Source: Escherichia coli | GTDB taxonomy: Bacteria; Pseudomonadota; Gammaproteobacteria; Enterobacterales; Enterobacteriaceae | Assembly: GCF_003334815.1 (NCBI RefSeq) | Contig: NZ_QOWO01000082.1 | Length of the DNA stretch: 3,437 bases | Strand: one strand, 5' to 3' | In this document: positions 1-3,437 of the stretch, piece by piece | How positions within the stretch are numbered: position 1 is the stretch's first letter | Layout of the letters: each line of letters begins with the position of its first letter | Made by a program: the position numbers and the translations under genes | Notes under the pieces: generated by a model | Seen by the model: only the letters and a program-made list of their open reading frames with translations | Database searches by the model: none | Told to the model about the DNA's origin: nothing

Positions 1-73
1 CACATCCTGTCCCGTTTTTCAGGCCATTATAGCCTGTTATTTTTGTGCATCATAGTCTTATGCAGACGGCAGA

Positions 74-92
74 GGCAGGGCGCAGCCCTGCC
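74..92. other. Short GC-rich hairpin (8-bp stem GGCAGGGC / GCCCTGCC, 3-nt loop) upstream of the first gene
   Basis: Perfect inverted repeat read directly from the sequence. No adjacent U-tract on either strand, so it is not a canonical intrinsic terminator; role unknown. Confidence 0.3.
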
Positions 93-105
93 AGGAGTCA
101 GTTTT

Positions 106-117
106 TGATGATAAAAT
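106..117 (+). promoter_or_regulatory. Putative sigma70 extended -10 element (TGATGATAAAAT; TG-n-TAAAAT) for the 113-aa gene
   Basis: TG at 109-110, one nt, then hexamer TAAAAT at 112-117 (5/6 match to TATAAT). It lies ~34 nt upstream of ATG 151, followed by GGAGA (136-140). The same 12-mer recurs upstream of the HTH gene at 1953-1964. No convincing -35. Confidence 0.35.
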
Positions 118-144
118 CAGACTTCAACATGAAACGGAGAGAAA

Positions 145-486
145 GTGCCAATGGCTTCTAAAAAATTTTACTCAGATGATGACATCCAGCTGGCAAAAGC
201 TGCCTTATCGGAATTGCCGGACCTCACCGCTCAACGGAAAACATTGCGTGATTTTCTTGATGCCATTCGTGATGACATCATTGTCCTGGTAAGGACAAAG
301 GGTTATACACTGGCAGATGTTCGTGACACGCTTAAAAATGCAGGGTATGAAGTAGGAGAGAAGGCACTTCGTGACATTATTCGGGAAGCAGAATCGAAAA
401 AACCATCCCGCCGTTCTTCCTCTAAAACAGCACCTAAAAAGACAGATTCAGGCAGGAAAGATGGCATCGATATGAACAACAATTGA
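145..486 (+). CDS. Hypothetical small protein (112-113 aa) with Lys/Arg/Ser/Thr-rich C-terminal tail; possibly DNA-binding, function not recognised
   Basis: Open frame 145..486 ending at TGA 484-486. The GTG at 145 is only ~4 nt from GGAGA (136-140), so ATG 151 (spacing ~10 nt) is the more likely start. The tail KKPSRRSSSKTAPKKTDSGRK resembles tails of small nucleic-acid-binding proteins. No family confidently recognised. Confidence 0.6.
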   Translation: MPMASKKFYSDDDIQLAKAALSELPDLTAQRKTLRDFLDAIRDDIIVLVRTKGYTLADVRDTLKNAGYEVGEKALRDIIREAESKKPSRRSSSKTAPKKTDSGRKDGIDMNNN

Positions 487-503
487 TGTGACAATGTCAC
501 ATC
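485..503. promoter_or_regulatory. Perfect 19-bp palindrome GATGTGACA-A-TGTCACATC overlapping the stop codon of the 113-aa gene
   Basis: 9+1+9 inverted repeat verified base by base (485 pairs with 503 through 493 with 495). Typical of a dimeric DNA-binding-protein site or an RNA hairpin at the end of the mRNA. Confidence 0.4.
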
Positions 504-512
504 GTGTTCTGA

Positions 513-526
513 GATTATGATGATTA
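513..526. repeat. GATTATGATGATTA motif, related to promoter-region motifs at 106-117 and 1948-1964
   Basis: 12 of its bases (GATTATGATGAT) are identical to 1948-1959. Contains TATGAT on + and CATAAT-like on -. Sits between the stop of the first gene and the terminator. Confidence 0.3.
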
Positions 527-529
527 CAG

Positions 530-570
530 AAAAAAAAGCCCCGGCATAAATACCAGGGCTTTTCTGTTTA
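530..570. terminator. Bidirectional rho-independent terminator between the convergent 113-aa and 283-aa genes
   Basis: A-run (530-537), stem GCCCcGG (538-544) paired with CCaGGGC (553-559) with one internal mismatch, 8-nt loop, then TTTTCTGTTT (560-569). On the - strand the stem is followed by eight U. It lies exactly between two convergent stop codons. Confidence 0.6.
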
Positions 571-571
571 A

Positions 572-1423
572 TCAGACTCGTGGCGGCAATGCACCAGGAT
601 AATACCGTGCAATAACATCATTCAGTTTTTCAACAAGGTCAGAACGCTTAAAGACAATGTGTACGGTCCCTTTCTGGTAGCCACGTACCGTAAAATATTC
701 CCCTTCTAACAGCTTACCGACATTGTCGCCGTTCCCGAGAAACTCACCATACTGCGCCCCGATGCTGCTCCGGAAGTCAGGAACGTTGCGCCCCTCCAGC
801 AGATAAAACGGACGTACCAGGTCATCCAGTGCCTCCCTTCCGCTGCAGTCCAGCGTCACACGCCCGTTACTCCAGCGGTACAGCAGGTTTTCAATAATGA
901 TTTTCTTGCCCAGACGGCAGGGATTGTTGGTTCTGTAATCCCATGACAGTTTCCTGTAGACATCAATCAGTCCTTGTTCAAATGTCTGCATCTTACTGGC
1001 ATTCAGATGGCGAAAAGTTGCCAGTACATTGTCCAGGGTGATTTCAGGACAGGTGTCGCTCATCAGCTGGCTGTTCCACTCATCACGCTGGCATGAACTC
1101 ATGAAGGTGTACATGCCCGTATCTGTCATCAGGCGGTCCCAGATTTTCCGGTCGGCAAGACGGGTGATATTCCTTTTCGCTTCTTCCGGCTTATCCATGC
1201 GACGAACGGAATCAGTCACGCAGTCTTCAAACCCGTAAAGAAAAATATCACCTGACGCATCGAGCAGAATCTTGCGCGCTGTCGCCAGGCATTCCATCGC
1301 CTGCATGAATAGTGCAATACCTTCGTTACGCTGCGCGATGATGCGGTCGATAGCCACAGACGGAATAACATCTGTCGTGCCGGCAGTATTCAGGTCAGCA
1401 GTGGGTAAAGTCTGATTCATCAC
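572..1423 (-). CDS. Conserved hypothetical protein, 283 aa, function unknown
   Basis: Long uninterrupted frame (852 nt) on the - strand with GAGGAG (complement of 1428-1433) upstream. ATG at 1420..1418 gives ~8 nt spacing and is an equally plausible start to GTG at 1423..1421. Ends at the shared terminator. No nucleotidyltransferase, methyltransferase or nuclease signature recognised by eye. Confidence 0.75.
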   Translation of the reverse strand: MMNQTLPTADLNTAGTTDVIPSVAIDRIIAQRNEGIALFMQAMECLATARKILLDASGDIFLYGFEDCVTDSVRRMDKPEEAKRNITRLADRKIWDRLMTDTGMYTFMSSCQRDEWNSQLMSDTCPEITLDNVLATFRHLNASKMQTFEQGLIDVYRKLSWDYRTNNPCRLGKKIIIENLLYRWSNGRVTLDCSGREALDDLVRPFYLLEGRNVPDFRSSIGAQYGEFLGNGDNVGKLLEGEYFTVRGYQKGTVHIVFKRSDLVEKLNDVIARYYPGALPPRV

Positions 1424-1440
1424 ATTGTCTCCTCATCGTC

Positions 1441-1890
1441 ACGACTGCCGGGTCAGCCAGGTCATTTCCCGGAGGAGCGAAGCTCCTTCTGCCGTCCGGG
1501 TCTTAGGGTATTTCCCCGCAGTGGACCTTTCCGACGGGGGACGCTCACCACGTCACGGGGCAGTTGTCCGGGGGCAGACGCAAAAGTTTTTGACGCCTGC
1601 GGCAAAAAGTTTTGTGGCTGGTACATCTCTCCCCTGGACGACTGAAACGGGATGTGGTCGTGTATGTACCCCCGGAAAGTCCGTCTGCGGAGAACAGGCC
1701 GCAGTGCGGCGGCAGACAGGCAGAGACAGCTGCGCCATCAGGCGCAGTGGCCTTACACACCGTCAGGTGTGCAGGGAGCGCCGCATCCGGCGCGACTGGA
1801 GAAAACCGACGGCACAACAACGGCATGCGGTGGTCACTGGTACACCACTCCCGCACAGGTGAAAACAGAGAAAACAGCACGACATCCATA
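1441..1890. other. GC-rich, apparently non-coding spacer containing a series of short perfect GC-stem hairpins; candidate structured RNA or DNA element
   Basis: Hand counts give roughly 55-70% GC per 60-nt line versus ~50% in flanking genes. All three + frames and two - frames are open simultaneously (stop-codon depletion from GC richness, not coding). Hairpins: 1471-1489 (loop GAA), 1685-1704, 1730-1747 (7 bp, loop ATCA), 1756-1771 (6 bp, loop GTCA), 1778-1793 (6 bp, loop CATC). Confidence 0.4.
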
Positions 1891-1900
1891 ATCAAAAAAA

Positions 1901-1915
1901 GTGAAATTTCTTCAC
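1901..1915. promoter_or_regulatory. Operator-like palindrome GTGAA-N5-TTCAC (copy 1), upstream of the HTH gene promoter
   Basis: GTGAAatttcTTCAC followed by TTTTTCA. A second copy with the same half-sites and the same 3' flank is at 1968-1982. Confidence 0.4.
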
Positions 1916-1950
1916 TTTTTCACACTTATTTATCGCGCTGATTTGGTGAT

Positions 1951-1964
1951 TATGATGATAAAAT
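1951..1964 (+). promoter_or_regulatory. Putative -10 region of the HTH gene promoter (TATGAT 1951-1956 and/or TG-n-TAAAAT 1956-1964)
   Basis: AT-rich sequence with two overlapping -10-like hexamers ~35-45 nt upstream of ATG 2000. The 12-mer TGATGATAAAAT is identical to 106-117 upstream of the first gene, at almost the same distance from the start codon. Confidence 0.4.
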
Positions 1965-1967
1965 AAA

Positions 1968-1982
1968 GTGAAGTTTTTTCAC
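1968..1982. promoter_or_regulatory. Operator-like palindrome GTGAA-N5-TTCAC (copy 2), overlapping the predicted transcription start of the HTH gene
   Basis: GTGAAgttttTTCAC followed by TTTTTCA. The two copies are 67 bp apart centre to centre and bracket the -10 region, a classic autoregulation layout. Confidence 0.4.
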
Positions 1983-1999
1983 TTTTTCAAAGGTGTTTT

Positions 2000-2251
2000 A
2001 TGACCGGCTGGGAACTGCGAATCTGGCGAAAAAGCATGCTCTGGTCACGCGAAAAAGCGGCCAGAGAATTTGGCGTGACGCAGAGAACATGGCACGCCTG
2101 GGAAAATGCGGAACAGGTGGACGTCACCGTCTGGAGGACCACCCAGGCTCTTTCAGTCCGTGACCTGCTGCCTCACATGCAGGGGATGCGCAAGGCAGAT
2201 ATCATCAGGCGTCTGGAAAATGAACTGGGGGAAACGGCAGGGAATGTGTGA
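2000..2251 (+). CDS. XRE-family helix-turn-helix DNA-binding protein (83 aa), YiaG/HigA-antitoxin-like
   Basis: ATG 2000 preceded by AGGTG (1991-1995); stop TGA 2249-2251. The N-terminal segment GWELRIWRKSMLWSREKAAREFGVTQRTWHAWENAE matches the XRE-type HTH pattern (LS..ElA..lGVs..Tv..WE) seen in HigA/YiaG-like regulators. Confidence 0.75.
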   Translation: MTGWELRIWRKSMLWSREKAAREFGVTQRTWHAWENAEQVDVTVWRTTQALSVRDLLPHMQGMRKADIIRRLENELGETAGNV

Positions 2252-2262
2252 GCGTGATTCAC

Positions 2263-2283
2263 AGCCTGGCAGAATGCCAGGCT
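2263..2283. other. Hairpin (8-bp stem AGCCTGGC / GCCAGGCT, 5-nt loop) between the convergent HTH gene and the orphan small ORF
   Basis: Perfect inverted repeat overlapping the stop codon (TAG, 2284..2282) of the - strand small ORF. No U-tract, so it may be a transcript-stabilising stem or weak terminator. Confidence 0.3.
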
Positions 2284-2488
2284 ACTGCTCATCAGGAAAC
2301 AGCTTTTTCAGTTCTTCACCGGAAAGTCCCGTGACCTCCTGAATCCGTTCCGGCGGCCAGCCTATATCCCGCAGCCGGCAGGCTATTTCCCGCGCCACTT
2401 CAAGAGCCCCTTGTTTAAAACCTTGTTTAAAACCTTCTTTAAAACCCTCGTCGAAACCTTTCTGTATAAGACGTTCTGCAATCGTCAT
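2282..2488 (-). CDS. Orphan small protein (68 aa) paralogous to the C-terminal tail of Rpn nucleases (RpnS-like), with tetrapeptide repeats GFDE-GFKE-GFKQ-GFKQ
   Basis: Its first residues MTIAERL are identical to the internal segment MTIAERL of the upstream Rpn protein. The remainder follows the same pattern (KG...ALEvAreIA...g..pEqIqe.TGLS.EELKK). Nucleotide similarity around the ATG: 2470-2488 vs 2681-2699 is 17/19 identical. The SD is weak (GGAG ~13 nt upstream) and an intrinsic terminator lies just upstream, so expression is uncertain. Confidence 0.55.
   Translation of the reverse strand: MTIAERLIQKGFDEGFKEGFKQGFKQGALEVAREIACRLRDIGWPPERIQEVTGLSGEELKKLFPDEQ
2411..2458. repeat. In-frame 12-bp tandem repeat, 4 units (TTGTTTAAAACC x2, TTCTTTAAAACC, CTCGTCGAAACC), encoding the GFK(Q/E)/GFDE tetrapeptide repeats
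   Basis: Two identical adjacent 12-mers, a third with one mismatch and a fourth diverged, all in codon register on the - strand. A substrate for slipped-strand copy-number change without frameshift. Confidence 0.85.
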
Positions 2489-2510
2489 GCTGTTTGCTCT
2501 GCTCCTGCTG

Positions 2511-2537
2511 GCAAAAAGCCCGGCATTTTGCCGGGCT
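2511..2537 (-). terminator. Rho-independent terminator immediately downstream of the Rpn gene (- strand)
   Basis: On the - strand: AGCCCGGCA-AAA-TGCCGGGCT (7-8 bp GC stem, 3-nt loop) followed by TTTTT. It starts 13 nt after the rpn stop codon (2552..2550). Confidence 0.65.
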
Positions 2538-2549
2538 GTGATGCTCTCA

Positions 2550-2699
2550 TCAGTGAATGACTTTTTTCAGTTCAGCTTCGGAAAGTCCGGTGGCCTGCTT
2601 AATCTGCTCAGGTGTCATCCCCATTTTCTGAAGCTGACGCGCAATGGCAAGGGCTTTTTCAAGCGCACCTTTCTGCTCAAGACGTTCTGCGATTGTCAT
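2550..2699 (-). CDS. Putative intragenic small protein (49 aa, RpnS-like) translated from an internal in-frame ATG of the Rpn gene
   Basis: Internal ATG at 2699..2697 in the rpn frame, preceded by GAGGAT (complement of 2706-2711) with 7-nt spacing. Product would be MTIAERLEQKGALEKALAIARQLQKMGMTPEQIKQATGLSEAELKKVIH. Consistent with reported intragenic antitoxins of Rpn nucleases (from memory). Confidence 0.45.
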   Translation of the reverse strand: MTIAERLEQKGALEKALAIARQLQKMGMTPEQIKQATGLSEAELKKVIH

Positions 2700-3428
2700 C
2701 AGTTTATCCTCATGCTGCGGCAGGCGCTCGGCCAGCGCCCGCATAAATTCCGGTGATACAGAGTCCCCTGCGTTAACGATGTAATGAATCAGAACACGCA
2801 CCTGCTCGTCTGAAATTTCCACCATGACCTGCGGGAGTTTGTCCAGCAGCTCCATCATGTCACGATGGCGGATATGCTTCATCAGCAGCGTCAGTGCGGC
2901 CATCCGGCGATGGTTCATGATTTCATTGTCATCAACGACAGTGATATCAACCAGCGGAAACGGCTTTGTGTATATTTTAGCCGCAAGTGACGGATTCTCA
3001 AAACAGTCCAGCCAGTTCATGCTGTACGGATACGGGCTGCGCTCACCATGATAGAACAGCACCGGAATCACCAGTGGCAACGTTTTGTGCTGCTCCAGAT
3101 GTCTCTGCATCGCCGCCACACTGTAACGTAACATGCGGAAAGGCATGTACAGATTTTCGGTGCTCTGGTGCTCGATGAGCGTATAAACATAGCCATCTTC
3201 ACCCCCGGTGGTTTTCACGCTCCAGAGGATATCGCTGGCGTACTGATGCAGGTCCGGCTCAACAAAGGTGGCGGGTTCCAGCTTCAGCGTGGACAGGTCG
3301 CACAACTGCCGGTACTCCGCCGGAAGATGCAGTTCCAGAAAATCTCTGGCGACGTCGGGATTCGCCAGGAACGACCGGAACGCGGCATCATGCGGCGTGG
3401 GCGTTGTGGTGTTTTTCTTCTTACTCAC
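2550..3428 (-). CDS. Rpn family recombination-promoting nuclease / YhgA-like putative transposase (PD-(D/E)xK nuclease), 292 aa
   Basis: N-terminus TPHDAAFRSFLANPDVARDFLELHLP and the core DILWSVKT...YVYTLIEHQS match the YhgA/Rpn family (Pfam Transposase_31-like) as I recall it. The C-terminal tail ...AERLEQKG...TGLSEAELKK is the typical Rpn tail. GTG start at 3428..3426 with GGAGG (complement of 3433-3437) 4 nt upstream. Gene is complete, but its promoter lies outside the window. Confidence 0.9.
   Translation of the reverse strand: MSKKKNTTTPTPHDAAFRSFLANPDVARDFLELHLPAEYRQLCDLSTLKLEPATFVEPDLHQYASDILWSVKTTGGEDGYVYTLIEHQSTENLYMPFRMLRYSVAAMQRHLEQHKTLPLVIPVLFYHGERSPYPYSMNWLDCFENPSLAAKIYTKPFPLVDITVVDDNEIMNHRRMAALTLLMKHIRHRDMMELLDKLPQVMVEISDEQVRVLIHYIVNAGDSVSPEFMRALAERLPQHEDKLMTIAERLEQKGALEKALAIARQLQKMGMTPEQIKQATGLSEAELKKVIH
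2706..2711 (-). promoter_or_regulatory. Internal Shine-Dalgarno (GAGGAT) inside the Rpn coding sequence, serving the internal ATG at 2699
   Basis: - strand reads GAGGATAAACTG-ATG; AGGA lies 7-8 nt upstream of the ATG, which is near-optimal spacing. Confidence 0.4.
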
Positions 3429-3437
3429 GGTTCCTCC

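Noticed and set aside
303-500. 65-aa - strand ORF antisense to the first gene
   Set aside because: Shadow ORF fully inside the better-supported + strand gene, with no SD.
485-503. CRP or LexA site interpretation of the 19-bp palindrome (and CRP for the GTGAA-N5-TTCAC sites at 1901-1982)
   Set aside because: Half-site spacing is wrong for CRP (GTGA-N6-TCAC needed; here 5 and 7 nt), and there is no CTGT-N8-ACAG LexA core. Kept as sites for an unknown binder.
1029-1238. 69-aa + strand ORF inside the 283-aa gene region
   Set aside because: Shadow ORF antisense to a long, well-supported CDS.
1441-1890. Single-strand promoter (Frpo-like), oriT, or retron/omega-RNA identity for the hairpin-rich GC block
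   Set aside because: No long imperfect hairpin with embedded -35/-10 elements, no recognisable nic-site context or adjacent relaxase, and no reverse transcriptase or IscB/TnpB gene in the window. These remain untested ideas, not calls.
1425-1941. Five overlapping ORFs from the six-frame track in the GC-rich block (1425..1862 +, 1612..1941 +, 1652..1891 +, 1545..1895 -, 1553..1738 -)
   Set aside because: They overlap each other in several frames on both strands, several use GTG/TTG starts with no usable SD, and the translations are Arg/Ala/Gly/Pro-rich low-complexity strings typical of stop-depleted GC-rich non-coding DNA. Treated as non-coding.
2106-2342. 78-aa + strand ORF overlapping the HTH gene and the orphan tail ORF
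   Set aside because: Alternative frame of the HTH gene running into the antisense of the orphan ORF, with no independent start signal. The in-frame HTH product has a recognisable fold pattern and this one does not.
2411-2458. CRISPR array or iteron interpretation of the 12-bp tandem repeats
   Set aside because: Units are contiguous with no spacers, only 12 bp long, and sit in codon register inside an ORF where they encode tetrapeptide repeats. Not CRISPR; iterons unlikely.
2487-2756. 89-aa + strand ORF antisense to the 3' end of the Rpn gene
   Set aside because: It lies entirely within or opposite the well-supported Rpn frame and its terminator, has no RBS and gives a hydrophobic nonsense-like translation. 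Likely a shadow ORF.
2824-3178. 75-aa and 63-aa + strand ORFs (2824..3051, 2987..3178) inside the Rpn gene region
   Set aside because: Antisense shadow ORFs within a confidently assigned CDS; Ser/Cys-rich low-complexity translations.
1-3437. tRNA, rRNA or mobile-element ends (IS inverted repeats, integrase, transposase)
   Set aside because: No T-loop-like GTTCRANYC motif in a cloverleaf context, no rRNA-like sequence and no terminal inverted repeats flanking a transposase. The Rpn protein is transposase-like by name only and is a nuclease family member.

Overview
This window reads as accessory or mobile DNA (plasmid or genomic island, probably enterobacterial), with five supportable genes and a hairpin-rich non-coding block. 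Left to right: (1) a small + strand gene (145/151..486) for a 112-113 aa protein with a Lys/Arg/Ser-rich tail, ending in a perfect 19-bp palindrome; (2) a bidirectional intrinsic terminator (~530..570); (3) a convergent 283-aa hypothetical gene on the - strand (572..1423); (4) a ~450-bp GC-rich (~60% or more) stretch (1441..1890) that looks non-coding and carries at least five short perfect GC hairpins; (5) an AT-rich promoter region with two GTGAA-N5-TTCAC palindromes, driving an 83-aa XRE-type helix-turn-helix gene (2000..2251, +); (6) on the - strand, a complete Rpn family (YhgA-like, PD-(D/E)xK) nuclease gene (2550..3428), then a strong terminator, then a 68-aa orphan ORF (2282..2488) that is a paralog of the Rpn C-terminal tail with four tetrapeptide repeats encoded by 12-bp tandem DNA repeats. 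The Rpn gene also has an internal in-frame ATG with a good Shine-Dalgarno that would yield a 49-aa tail-only protein. The most interesting candidate system is this Rpn nuclease / internal small protein / orphan repeat-expanded tail paralog arrangement. All calls come from reading the sequence and from remembered family features; no database search or folding was run.
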